A stretch of 64,000 nucleotides of DNA from Gammaproteobacteria bacterium (GTDB taxonomy: Bacteria > Pseudomonadota > Gammaproteobacteria > GCA-001735895): assembly GCA_050298595.1 (NCBI GenBank), contig JBNKUM010000085.1:32001-96000 (forward strand), given 5' to 3'. The translations under genes were made by a program, and so were the position numbers. Below are positions 19,242-29,012 of the stretch, one piece after another; position 1 is the first letter of the stretch; every line of letters begins with the position of its first letter. The notes beneath the pieces were generated by a model. The model was given only the letters and a program-made list of their open reading frames with translations. It was not told where the DNA came from and made no database searches.

Positions 19242-20176
19242 TACAACGACTGCACATAACTTAGCATACGTTGCCGCATCTCGGGATCAGGTAGTCGGCC
19301 ATAGCAGGCATCCATGTTTTCCAGCATGTGATCGACGCGAGATGTCGCTGGAATTGCACAGGTTATAGCTGGGTGAGAAACGATGAATTTAAGAAAAAAC
19401 TGCGCCCAGTTATGACAGTCAAAGTCCTTTGTCCAGGCAGGTAATGGATACCCCTGATACCTATCGAACAGCCCTCCCCTTCTAAAAGGTCGGTTCGCAA
19501 TCACTGCGACACCTTTTTCAAGCGCCAATGGCAGCAGGCGATGCTCAGCATCTCGGTTATCGATGTGATAGGTCAGTTGTACAAAGTCCAGCGGCAGGCT
19601 GTTCATAATATTTTCCACATCACGATGGCGTCGTCCATGCGAGGTGGTGATACCCACATATTGCAGTCTACCGTCTGCTTTCATCTGCAACAATGTATCC
19701 AGGTGTTCACGCCAGTTAACAAGGTTATGCACCTGATTCAAATTCAGTTTATCAACACCCCACAGCCTTTGAGAATCAGCAATCTGCTGTTTACCGTCCT
19801 GTTTACTTGAGGTCCACACTTTAGTCGCTGAAAATAATGGGGATGAGGTGCTACCGAGTTTGTTTATACAGTAACCCAGTACGGACTCTGCTGATCCATA
19901 CATCGGTGAAGAATCAACCAACCGTCCACCACGTTCAAAAAAGGTTTTCAACACCTCTACACGCTGGTTCCTCACCTGAGGGTCATTGCCCACATTAAAG
20001 GTAATATGTGAGCCCATACCAATAACAGGTAAACGCTGACCTGTAGAGGGAATAACTCGCGTAATCAGCGACTGTTCAGACTGCGCAAAGCCTGAGCGAT
20101 AAAAACTGGAAGCAAATCCCAGCAGAGCAATTTTTTTAATCCAGTCTCGACGTGATGTGGAAATTAAATCGCTCAT
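19241..20176 (-). CDS. Aldo/keto reductase with Tat-like signal peptide
   Basis: SRRDWIK leader; DSSPMYG, ATKVW, QVHNL, IPATS. Confidence 0.88.
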   Translation of the reverse strand: MSDLISTSRRDWIKKIALLGFASSFYRSGFAQSEQSLITRVIPSTGQRLPVIGMGSHITFNVGNDPQVRNQRVEVLKTFFERGGRLVDSSPMYGSAESVLGYCINKLGSTSSPLFSATKVWTSSKQDGKQQIADSQRLWGVDKLNLNQVHNLVNWREHLDTLLQMKADGRLQYVGITTSHGRRHRDVENIMNSLPLDFVQLTYHIDNRDAEHRLLPLALEKGVAVIANRPFRRGGLFDRYQGYPLPAWTKDFDCHNWAQFFLKFIVSHPAITCAIPATSRVDHMLENMDACYGRLPDPEMRQRMLSYVQSL

Positions 20177-20194
20177 AGCACGCTCTCACTCCAT

Positions 20195-21250
20195 CTAAAA
20201 TGGTATCGGGTAGCGTTTAATCACTGCATTGATATCGTCCATCACCTGCTCAGACAAGACCAGTTCATAGGCATCAATATCCTCCTTGAGCTGTTCCATG
20301 GAGGTCGCACCTATAATCGTAGAGGTGACACCCTTGTACTGGTATATATAAGCGAGTGACATTTGCGTCAGAGACAATTGATGGCGCTGTGCAACTTCAT
20401 AATAGGCCTCAATGGCAGCGTGCGTACCCTCGGTATCTCGAAATAGACCGTTACGCTGCGACATGCTCCAGCGACTGCCTTCAGGCCTGGCACCATTGCG
20501 ATATTTTCCTGACAGGGCTCCGCCCGCTAAAGGTGACCATGGCAAATAAGCCACTTCATTCATCACACAGGTTTCAATCAGGTGTGGTGCATCCAGCATC
20601 AGGTGTATCAGATTAAATTCATTTTGAATAGAAACCATCTTTGGCAGGTTATGAATTTCAGCCAGCCGCAGATACTCATTAATGCCCCATGGCGTATCAT
20701 CAGAAAGTCCGCCGTGGCGGATCTTTCCAGCCTTAATGCAGTCATCAATAGCTGTTAGTATATCCAGATGTTCCGCTCGCTCTTTTTCTACATCGACTTT
20801 TTCGTAGTCCAGATGCTGTGGCCAGTGCTTGGAAAAATGAGGGCTAGTACGGTTAGGCCAGTGCAACTGATACACATCGATATAATCCGTCTGTAAACGC
20901 TTAAGCGAATCATCCACAGCCTGTTTAATGGTTTTACTGCTGATATTAGAGCCTCCACGTATCCATGGCAGGCCAGCACCAGCAATCTTGCTGGCAATCA
21001 CCACATCCTGACGTTTTGTGGGGTTTTTAGAGATCCAGCTACCGATACAGGTTTCGGTGGTGCCGTAGCTATCCGCTGTTGGAGGTACTGCGTACATCTC
21101 TGCAGTATCGATAAAGTTAATACCCTGCTCTAACGCATAATCAATCTGCTCACAAGCATCCTCAACGGTATTCTGGCTACCCCAGGTCATAGACCCAAGA
21201 CATACCTCTGAAACCTGTAAATCACTGCTACCCAGTTTTGTGTATTTCAT
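20195..21250 (-). CDS. Tas-like NADP(H) aldo/keto reductase
   Basis: CLGSMTWG, DTAEMY, YQLHWPNR, WSPLAGG. Confidence 0.92.
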   Translation of the reverse strand: MKYTKLGSSDLQVSEVCLGSMTWGSQNTVEDACEQIDYALEQGINFIDTAEMYAVPPTADSYGTTETCIGSWISKNPTKRQDVVIASKIAGAGLPWIRGGSNISSKTIKQAVDDSLKRLQTDYIDVYQLHWPNRTSPHFSKHWPQHLDYEKVDVEKERAEHLDILTAIDDCIKAGKIRHGGLSDDTPWGINEYLRLAEIHNLPKMVSIQNEFNLIHLMLDAPHLIETCVMNEVAYLPWSPLAGGALSGKYRNGARPEGSRWSMSQRNGLFRDTEGTHAAIEAYYEVAQRHQLSLTQMSLAYIYQYKGVTSTIIGATSMEQLKEDIDAYELVLSEQVMDDINAVIKRYPIPF

Positions 21251-21370
21251 ATCTGTTTAACCTAGATAAATTTATCTGTGCAATCCTGACAGTCTAGAAT
21301 AAAGGCAAACTAATGAAAAATACACCCACAGAAAGAAGTAGCACTAATTTCAGGTTGATATAACAAAGCT

Positions 21371-21871
21371 TCAGTTAAATACTCCGTCATCCAGTTTATC
21401 AGTGATCTCGGTGTTCACCTCTTCAAATCGAAGAATTTTGACACCCTTATGATCTTTCAGGAGTTCCTTTGCATCATCAAGCGTTTCCAGTGGGATTAAT
21501 TCATGTCCCATTGGCCCAAGCACGTCGGAACCAATCACATAATAGGCTTTATGAGCATCGATGAGTGACACGCTATAGTATTCGGTAACACCTATTGAAG
21601 CTATATTCTTTAACTCGTGTCCTGGCGCCCATTTAGGCAAATCATTTAAATACTTAAATAGATCTTTGGCACCATCAAAATGATGAGCATGACCATTTTT
21701 ATACAGCACTGTAGCAACCCAGTCAGGATATTTTGCCACAAACATGCCACACACTGGACAGGTGTCCTTGATACCGGGCTTTGGTAAATCTATCGGTTCA
21801 GACCTCACCGAAAATGATACCGTGAACAGTAAACAAATAAATAGCCAGGATATTTTTTGAGATTCAATCAT
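21371..21871 (-). CDS. NosL-family metal-binding protein
   Basis: CPVCGM, FDGAKD, GSDVLGPMG; likely start ATG 21871. Confidence 0.85.
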   Translation of the reverse strand: MIESQKISWLFICLLFTVSFSVRSEPIDLPKPGIKDTCPVCGMFVAKYPDWVATVLYKNGHAHHFDGAKDLFKYLNDLPKWAPGHELKNIASIGVTEYYSVSLIDAHKAYYVIGSDVLGPMGHELIPLETLDDAKELLKDHKGVKILRFEEVNTEITDKLDDGVFN

Positions 21872-21938
21872 ATTTCTTTCAGCTTTAAGTTGAGAGAACA
21901 CAGAGGGACATATCCCCTCTGTGTCAGTCAGCTATTAA

Positions 21939-22622
21939 TTAACCACTCTTCTTCATTTTCATTTGCATCATTTTTTTGCGCTTTTCAGCACGGTTTTTTC
22001 TGATCATCATAGTATTGCTTGCCATGCCCAGATAGGCCTGTGTCAGCGCTTCATTAAAATCACCCAGTTCGCCACCTTTGTCGGCTTGTACTGCCTTAGC
22101 AGTATCCAGGGATGCAAATGCCATGCTGCTCTTCTTACTCATGGTGCCTTTGAGTTTTGAGCCAATCAGATAGGTGACCTTATCAACATTCACAAGCGGT
22201 TTGACTTTCTCACTGGAACCAAAGTCTGGTGCATAGATCGCCCTGGGGCCACGATCAATATTCAGAGATAGACTAATAGCCATACAATGAAGTGAACAGG
22301 TTCCATCAGCCAGTCCATCATCGTAGTGCACCAGATGGCGGCTATGATTAAACATGGTACGGTTCATACCGCAATAGGGGCAGGTAGGGTATTTTTTGAG
22401 CTCATTCGCAAGTGGGTTATCGTCTGGGGCAGTCTTAGGGATAAACTGCAAAGGTGTTCCATCTCCTTCACATGACTTACCCGATGCCTTCACCCATCCT
22501 TTTCCAGGAATCATGGCTCCAACATTACTATCAGCCATAGCGGTAAAAGTAAAACCACCCAGGCCAATAGCGGCAATGGCTTTCATCATGTCTCTACGAT
22601 CATTACTGTGTTTTTCACTCAT
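21939..22622 (-). CDS. Tat-exported NosL-family protein
   Basis: DRRDMMK Tat motif; CPYCGM, CSLHC, GTM; M/K-rich tail. Confidence 0.82.
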   Translation of the reverse strand: MSEKHSNDRRDMMKAIAAIGLGGFTFTAMADSNVGAMIPGKGWVKASGKSCEGDGTPLQFIPKTAPDDNPLANELKKYPTCPYCGMNRTMFNHSRHLVHYDDGLADGTCSLHCMAISLSLNIDRGPRAIYAPDFGSSEKVKPLVNVDKVTYLIGSKLKGTMSKKSSMAFASLDTAKAVQADKGGELGDFNEALTQAYLGMASNTMMIRKNRAEKRKKMMQMKMKKSG

Positions 22623-22684
22623 ATGAGTTTCTCCTTTTTTGATTTAAAAAATAAATACAACCTGGTTGTCGGTAGTAAATGGTT

Positions 22685-23197
22685 TCATAACAATGAGGTG
22701 ATTATCTGTTCAAATACTTCGGCCGGTGTTTCTCCTAACAAACGGGTGTGCAGGTTTCCATCTCTATCAACGATTAAAGCCGAAGGTAATGTTGTGGTCG
22801 CATAGTTCTTTGCTACGCCCCCTTTATCATCCAGCAAAACTTCATAGGTAAGATTCAGGCCATCGATAAAAGCCATCGCTGTCTGTTTATCCTGATCAAT
22901 ATTAAGTGCAAGTACGGCTAAGCCCTGCCCTCGATATTTTTGATAGATTGTCTCGAAGTCACGCAACTCCTTTTTACAACTGGGACACCAGTCCGCCCAG
23001 AAACTTATTAACACCACCTTGTTATTAAAGCCATCAGGAAAATCAACGCTTTGCTGCTGCAAGTTTTTTAAACTAAATGGTGGTGCTGGCTGCCCTTTTA
23101 CCAGAGATGCTTCATTATTACTACAGGCTGTCATCAGCAGTGAAGCAAAAAATATTATTAAAAATGGAAGCTTAATGACTTGCATTGCTACCACCAT
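22685..23197 (-). CDS. TlpA-family thiol:disulfide oxidoreductase lipoprotein
   Basis: Lipobox-like MTAC; FWADWCPSC. Confidence 0.88.
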   Translation of the reverse strand: MVVAMQVIKLPFLIIFFASLLMTACSNNEASLVKGQPAPPFSLKNLQQQSVDFPDGFNNKVVLISFWADWCPSCKKELRDFETIYQKYRGQGLAVLALNIDQDKQTAMAFIDGLNLTYEVLLDDKGGVAKNYATTTLPSALIVDRDGNLHTRLLGETPAEVFEQIITSLL

Positions 23198-24195
23198 ACC
23201 GACTGCATGGTCAACGACGACTGCAAGACCCAGTAGGTAGACATGGCGTAGAAAACCACAAAAAGAATAAGCGATATATAGGTAATGCGAGAGCTATCTA
23301 CTGCTACCGCCTGCTTGAGACTAGGGATGTTGCCCCAGGGCGAAATTACCCCTGCCGCCAGCGCCATAGAGGCGGCCAAAAACAGAGGGATATATAAAGT
23401 GTAACCTGCGTAGTCATGCCCTGATTTCAAGATACAAAATGGGCAATGATGATGAGGGTGCTCATAGATATATAGTGAGATATAAGAGACTATTGCAACC
23501 AGTGCTGCAACAAAAGCAGCCAAAGCTGATAGCGCAAACATCAAGCCGCCTTTGTTTCGAAAAAGAAATAAAGTACCCGTTAGCATGACCACCAGCCCGG
23601 ATCCATACAATGCAACAATAGCCTGACCTGGTGATAAGCTGGAAACCTCTGCTGCTACACCTTTAGCATCTGCTGAAAATAAGGAGCCACAGCAAGAGGT
23701 GATGACGTCAGGATCCATTTCCAGGAAATAGCGTGCCTGTACATAAAACTCAGCCATCACTAGCGGGAGGATGAGAAGCAATAGCCAGTACTTAACCCTG
23801 ACTAATGGATAGTCATACCCCTGATTATCCAGGTAGTTAAGTGCCAGCCAGATGCTACCGATGAAGAATATCCCTATTTTCAGAAACAATGTCGGCCAGC
23901 CCCAGACATTCACATTCAGTACACCGGTGGCGCACATGGCTCCAACAAACTGCCCCGACATGGATTCAGCGTTATAAACAAACAGTAGCAACGAAATCAG
24001 TTCAGAGATAAACACCATCGCTAGCAATGTGGATATCAAATAGGTACGTCGCTCCAGACGCAACTGTAATTCACTACCACTATTGATATCCCATGACCTT
24101 AATATCCGAATAGCAAACATAGAGGCTAATACCAGCATTAAACTGATCACAGCAGAGACGATGAATAATGCAATAATGGCCGGATTAAGTAGCAT
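23188..24195 (-). CDS. Polytopic membrane protein with Cys/His motifs, function unknown
   Basis: GAMCATG, ITSCCGSLF, YEHPHHHCPFC. Confidence 0.8.
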   Translation of the reverse strand: MLLNPAIIALFIVSAVISLMLVLASMFAIRILRSWDINSGSELQLRLERRTYLISTLLAMVFISELISLLLFVYNAESMSGQFVGAMCATGVLNVNVWGWPTLFLKIGIFFIGSIWLALNYLDNQGYDYPLVRVKYWLLLLILPLVMAEFYVQARYFLEMDPDVITSCCGSLFSADAKGVAAEVSSLSPGQAIVALYGSGLVVMLTGTLFLFRNKGGLMFALSALAAFVAALVAIVSYISLYIYEHPHHHCPFCILKSGHDYAGYTLYIPLFLAASMALAAGVISPWGNIPSLKQAVAVDSSRITYISLILFVVFYAMSTYWVLQSSLTMQSVWW

Positions 24196-24874
24196 GATCA
24201 GTGTCTACTATCTCGCCATCGCGCATTTCAATCACCGTATCAACTACCGGCGAATCAAACACATCCGAATCGTGACTGGTCATCAAAATCGTTTTTCCTG
24301 ACTGTCTTAACTCGTCCATTAACCCCATCAATTCCTGCGACAGTTTTGAATCCAGGTTTGCCGTAGGTTCGTCGGCAATAACTATCTGAGGATTATTGAT
24401 TAAGGCTCTACAGATGGCTACCCGTTGCGACTCTCCACCTGATAGCCATTCAACCGGATTATCCTGCACGCGCTGCAAACCAAAGTGCGAAATAAGTGCT
24501 TCGGCTGATTTTTTAAGTTCACTGTGTTTCAACCCCAGCGGGTATGCTGGTAGCATGATATTCTCCTGCACACTCAGTCCCTGAATCAGGTTAAATTTCT
24601 GAAAGATAAAACCAAAGGTATGACGTCTGATATCAGTAAGAAAACGCTCGGGCAGCCCCGATAGAATCTTATCCTCCAGCATGATACGTCCTGAAGTAGG
24701 ACGCGACAGACAACCGATCATTGATAACAGCGTGGTTTTTCCTGAACCACTGGCACCTTTCAGGCAGCTGACTTTACCGGCTTCCAGTTGCAGAGAAACA
24801 TCCCTGATTGCACGGAACTCATTATGCCTGCCCTGATTAAATATCTTGTTGATATCGGTTAAAGTAATCAGCAT
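24185..24874 (-). CDS. ABC transporter ATP-binding protein (LolD/MacB-like)
   Basis: GASGSGKT, LSGGESQR, ADEPTANLD; likely start ATG 24874. Confidence 0.93.
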   Translation of the reverse strand: MLITLTDINKIFNQGRHNEFRAIRDVSLQLEAGKVSCLKGASGSGKTTLLSMIGCLSRPTSGRIMLEDKILSGLPERFLTDIRRHTFGFIFQKFNLIQGLSVQENIMLPAYPLGLKHSELKKSAEALISHFGLQRVQDNPVEWLSGGESQRVAICRALINNPQIVIADEPTANLDSKLSQELMGLMDELRQSGKTILMTSHDSDVFDSPVVDTVIEMRDGEIVDTDHAT

Positions 24875-24878
24875 GGTA

Positions 24879-26009
24879 CTAGCGCATGATCGCATCAGGG
24901 TCGGTGACCGATGCCTGCCAGATTGGAATGATAGTCGCTACGACATACGGAAAAACTGTAAAGAAGAATAACGTTGCTATCTGTAAACCATCAATAAAGG
25001 GGACCAGCTTGAACTGAGGATACAAGGTAGCCCAACCTTTAAGCACAGGTTCGAACAATACAGTAGTGCTATAAAAGACATGCAGATAAGCTAGCAGATA
25101 ACCGATGATGAAAGCCGTTAACGAAATAATAATACCCTCCCAGAATTTCATCCGAAGGATATCCCCTGACTCCCAACCAACGGCTTTTAAAATTCCAATC
25201 TCTCGTTTCTCTTCAGCTGATAATCCAGAAGCTTTATCCCAGGCAAAAATCACAAAAGCAAGAATTGAACCCATAAGTAATACAAATACAATACCCTGGC
25301 GCCAGGAGAAAACACTGTCATAGGTACGCAGTATCTCTTCGCGCAAAACCGGGCGCACATCAGGCAGTTTTTCAATCAGTTTCTCTGCCACTTTTCGTAT
25401 TTCACGTGGGTTACGAACTGATAATACGATATCGGTAAACTGACCCTCAGCTATTCCACTGATCACACGAAATGCTTTACTCGAAATCAATACCATATCA
25501 GTTGTGATCAGCTCAGATTGCTGACTAAAAAGCTCTTTAATCTGAAACGAGTAGGTATTGTTATTCGAACGAATGGTAAAATAATCACCGACATCCACAG
25601 TGAGCGCACGAGCAATACCCGCACCAAGAACCGCCTGAGTGGTATCTAGCTCCCGATCATCGGCAGCCATCACGGTATAGTTTGCCTTTACTACCGGATT
25701 GTAGAAGTAGCCCCATAGGCGACCTTTTTTGGAAGTTACACCTCGCAACTGACCTATTTTTTCAATATAGCTAGCGGGTATCAACGCCTGACGTCCAGCC
25801 TCAAGGCGCTGCACAATGATTTCTGGTGACTGCTGCAGGATAATGCCGGCCTCTTTCTTTAACGCATGAGTAAACAACATGGCCATAGCCAGCATGAAGA
25901 CGATTAATGTGTAAACCAGTAGTAGACCGAAATTCTTACCTTTCCTACGCAACAGAGAAGAAAGCGTAAAATCGATCAGGTAAGCCTGCTTACGCAAAAA
26001 AACCATCAT
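24879..26009 (-). CDS. FtsX/MacB-like ABC permease
   Basis: KREIGILKAVGW; one plus three TM topology. Confidence 0.88.
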   Translation of the reverse strand: MMVFLRKQAYLIDFTLSSLLRRKGKNFGLLLVYTLIVFMLAMAMLFTHALKKEAGIILQQSPEIIVQRLEAGRQALIPASYIEKIGQLRGVTSKKGRLWGYFYNPVVKANYTVMAADDRELDTTQAVLGAGIARALTVDVGDYFTIRSNNNTYSFQIKELFSQQSELITTDMVLISSKAFRVISGIAEGQFTDIVLSVRNPREIRKVAEKLIEKLPDVRPVLREEILRTYDSVFSWRQGIVFVLLMGSILAFVIFAWDKASGLSAEEKREIGILKAVGWESGDILRMKFWEGIIISLTAFIIGYLLAYLHVFYSTTVLFEPVLKGWATLYPQFKLVPFIDGLQIATLFFFTVFPYVVATIIPIWQASVTDPDAIMR

Positions 26010-26296
26010 GGTGTTAACTGCGCAGGCGGTTGATAGAGAGACCCTGTAGGAAAATGATCAAAAGAAGCAGGAGAATTTTGAAAAGCTGAATGTCGATCTG
26101 ACAAAGACAGGTGGCGGGTATAACGAGCTTCAGTAAATAGAGCCAGATCGGATACCCCTAACTCGCTAACCAGCTTCGCACGTCGGTTCAACAACTCCAT
26201 AGATCTATGCTGGCGAATATTGGCATCTATAGCGGTCAGAAGAATTGCCACGAAACCTGTCAGGAAAAAAAGCGCAACAAAGGTGGGCTTACGCAT
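26006..26296 (-). CDS. Small membrane-anchored hypothetical protein, first gene of the NosL/ABC cluster
   Basis: N-terminal TM; LGVSDLALFTEARYTRH...DHFPTGS; overlaps the permease start. Confidence 0.7.
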   Translation of the reverse strand: MRKPTFVALFFLTGFVAILLTAIDANIRQHRSMELLNRRAKLVSELGVSDLALFTEARYTRHLSLSDRHSAFQNSPASFDHFPTGSLYQPPAQLTP

Positions 26297-26367
26297 AGCA
26301 GGATTTTGCTCTTTCGCTAGTGACTACTCAGAAGGCAGAATTATACCTATCAACAAAAAAATATAGA

Positions 26368-26383
26368 GTGACAAATTGTCGCA
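26368..26383. promoter_or_regulatory. Possible RegA/PrrA-type redox regulator box
   Basis: GTGAC-AAATT-GTCGCA, about 70 bp upstream of the cluster. Confidence 0.4.
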
Positions 26384-26810
26384 GGGAGTGCGTATCATCA
26401 CTGGCATGCTGCTACCCTGGAATTTGTTTGAGTATTACCTGAACCCATAGCTTCATGTCGGTTGCTGAAGTTAATCAAGCCACTTTCACAGATTACCCTT
26501 GTTCGTTATGCAGCAAACCAACTTGAGCACAGCATAAGGATTGCCTGACATCCTCATCCTTATTTGTGAAATAGCTACTTTACCTGAACAAACGGGTCGT
26601 ACATCCTGTGAAAACAGTGCTTTCTTGAGCTATGCTAATAAGTTAGAGGATAGTTAAAATTGATACAGGCAAGATTTGATTATGCTCTAAATTATCGACA
26701 TTCCAGCCCTGGCCGCAGGTTTTTCGATAACTGGCAGGCCCCTGAGGAAACATCTGCTTCCTTGATAACACTGTCACAACCCAAACGATATCTACAAAGA
26801 GGGTAAAGGT

Positions 26811-28271
26811 ATGAATCATCTCGACGAGTGGGTTCATTTAATCGCCAAACAACTTAAGTCCGAAGCCGAGCTGATTGGCGTACAAGCTAAAAGTGAGCTA
26901 TACGAGGATGCCGCACGGGATACCTTTGTGCGCATGGTATTAGATCCATTTCTACCTGCCAGCTATACGGTCGGATCGGGCAAGGTCATCGACGCTGCCG
27001 GTAATATATCCCAGCCTCAGGATATCGTCATTTATCGTAGCGACTTTCCTCAGTTCAATATGCCGGGCAGCCATGACGTATTCATCTACGAGAGTGTGCT
27101 GGCAACTATTCAGGTGCGCTCAAAGCTGGTTCGTAAATCGTTTTTCAGCGCCATGGATCAATGCGCCTCACTAGGTACTCTCACCCCTGCCATTGATCAC
27201 GCGACCAGACGAGCAATCGCCGAAAAAATGAAAATGCGAGCTGATGCGAAGCACCAATACATTCACCCCGACCCGCTACATACCGGCCGCTTTAACTTGA
27301 TCGCTCGGCCACATTGTTTCATTTATGCCTTTACAGGATATCAAACCAGTGAACATCAACTGGCCGAAAACCTCACCAAATGGATCGATTTTTACCACCA
27401 GGATCAGGATCACGCTGCCCTGCAAATGAAATCCCTGCCCTCGGTGATCGCAACACAGGGCTGTTTTGCCTGGCGAAATGCCGCACCGTTTACCATCAAG
27501 CAACGCGCTTTGATGGGTGTCGGTAACGATCCTGCACCCTTGCGCCTGATCATTCTGCAATTAATGCACGCTCTCAATCGGCGCCTGCTAAACACCAGTG
27601 ATGGCTACGGCATTAAATCGACTATTGCGCCCTACATTGCTCACTTTGAAGCACCCAAAATTACTCAAATGGTTGGCACTGCCTTAAACCCAGGGGATGA
27701 AAAGCCTGCTCCGATCAATAGACCTGTTCCACAACAGCTAGCAGCAAAAGTCCAGCCACCCTCAGCCGAGAAGATACAAGCCACGGTGGGAAAACCTGTT
27801 CAAGCTGCAAAGCAAGCCGCCACAGCAGACAGTGATCAGAACAAAAGCCAACCCCAGATCAAGGATTTCTCTGCCCTCAGATCCAGTATAGCGACTGCCG
27901 GTTCTAATCAGCCGCAGGTAACTAGCACCATTGCTAAATCCACTAACCCTCTCTCCACATTCAGTAGTGGCGACGAAAAAGAGGAAGTTGAAGAGTATCA
28001 GTTTGATCCCATTGATCACCTCAAGCCTGAACCTGAAGAGAAGGCTGAACAATCGGGCGATAACCCCCAACCTGTTCGTCACCATAACAAAGTTGATAAA
28101 GATTTTGAAAGAACTCAAAAACTTCCAGATAAGCTAACCAGTCTGAAAAAAGCTAAGGATTCGAAAGATCCTTTTACAAAAACCTTGATAGAAGCACCGG
28201 AATCTAAGGACAAGGTAACGCCCAATTCTCCTGCAAAAAAATCAGCATACATTTCCGAATCATTGATATAA
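26811..28271 (+). CDS. DUF6602-like (restriction-nuclease fold) protein with long disordered C-terminus
   Basis: GSGKVIDAAGNISQPQDIVIY...ESVLATIQVRSKL; P/Q/E/K-rich last ~190 aa. Confidence 0.65.
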   Translation: MNHLDEWVHLIAKQLKSEAELIGVQAKSELYEDAARDTFVRMVLDPFLPASYTVGSGKVIDAAGNISQPQDIVIYRSDFPQFNMPGSHDVFIYESVLATIQVRSKLVRKSFFSAMDQCASLGTLTPAIDHATRRAIAEKMKMRADAKHQYIHPDPLHTGRFNLIARPHCFIYAFTGYQTSEHQLAENLTKWIDFYHQDQDHAALQMKSLPSVIATQGCFAWRNAAPFTIKQRALMGVGNDPAPLRLIILQLMHALNRRLLNTSDGYGIKSTIAPYIAHFEAPKITQMVGTALNPGDEKPAPINRPVPQQLAAKVQPPSAEKIQATVGKPVQAAKQAATADSDQNKSQPQIKDFSALRSSIATAGSNQPQVTSTIAKSTNPLSTFSSGDEKEEVEEYQFDPIDHLKPEPEEKAEQSGDNPQPVRHHNKVDKDFERTQKLPDKLTSLKKAKDSKDPFTKTLIEAPESKDKVTPNSPAKKSAYISESLI

Positions 28272-28337
28272 CGGGAGTTCCCTGGACCAGCTGCGGAACT
28301 CCCCTCGTTGCTTTGGGCTATTTCACCTTTGGCTCTG

Positions 28338-28361
28338 AGCGGTGCAGCATGACTGCACCGC
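28338..28361. terminator. Hairpin between convergent genes
   Basis: GCGGTGCAG-CATGA-CTGCACCGC. Confidence 0.5.
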
Positions 28362-28389
28362 CTTAGTTTCATGGACAAAGCCTCCTGAT

Positions 28390-28821
28390 CTAATTTCGAC
28401 CACCAGAACCAGATCCTGAACCTCCTCCTGTGCCACCTGAGCCACCTGATCCGCCTGATCCGCCTGATCCGCCAGAGCCAGAACCTGAACTACCACCCAT
28501 TCCAGATTGACTCATGCCATTAGCGCTGTTGCGAGAGCGTAGCTGCTCCTTATTCTTACTTTCTTCCTGTAACTTAATTCTGAGCTGCTCGCGCTCGCGT
28601 AGCGCTTCAAGGTCGGCACTTTGCTGTTCATCGCGGAGTTGTTTTCTAACCTGATCCCGCTGCTGAACAGGCTCACCCTGAGCATCTTTCTCAGTCAATC
28701 GATATTGATGAGTATTCTGGTATTGAAACTGCGCTTCTACCGGTTCATCAACTGCAAATACCGAAGAGGTAAACACCGCAACAGCGGCCAAAGTGGCAAT
28801 TGTAAGTAATTTCGTTTTCAT
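28390..28821 (-). CDS. Secreted Q/E/R-rich protein with Gly/Ser tail
   Basis: AAGGAG RBS before ATG 28821; signal peptide MKTKLLTIATLAAVAVFTSSVFA; GGS repeats. Confidence 0.8.
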   Translation of the reverse strand: MKTKLLTIATLAAVAVFTSSVFAVDEPVEAQFQYQNTHQYRLTEKDAQGEPVQQRDQVRKQLRDEQQSADLEALREREQLRIKLQEESKNKEQLRSRNSANGMSQSGMGGSSGSGSGGSGGSGGSGGSGGTGGGSGSGSGGRN

Positions 28822-28846
28822 GACAGTCTCCTTCATGTTTCTAGAC

Positions 28847-28900
28847 GTGGGAACATTTCCCACATAACATAAATATATGTGGTATTTTTTCCCACGTCAA
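28847..28900 (-). promoter_or_regulatory. sigma70 promoter overlapped by two 17-bp operators
   Basis: Minus strand TTGACG-N17-TATATT; operators GTGGGAACATTTCCCAC (28847-28863) and GTGGTATTTTTTCCCAC (28879-28895). Confidence 0.75.
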
Positions 28901-29012
28901 GCTAATATTAGTATCAGAGCACATTGTTTTTTCAACATTTTCTAATTGAAAAAAATATTCCTTTTAATTCAATTAGTTGAACAGATACCCAGTCATTGCC
29001 CGAACATGAAAT

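Noticed and set aside
21371-22622. Nitrous oxide reductase cluster
   Set aside because: No nosZ, nosD, nosR or nosY in the window
28405-28500. DNA-level functional repeat (9-bp period)
   Set aside because: Explained by GGS codons of the protein tail
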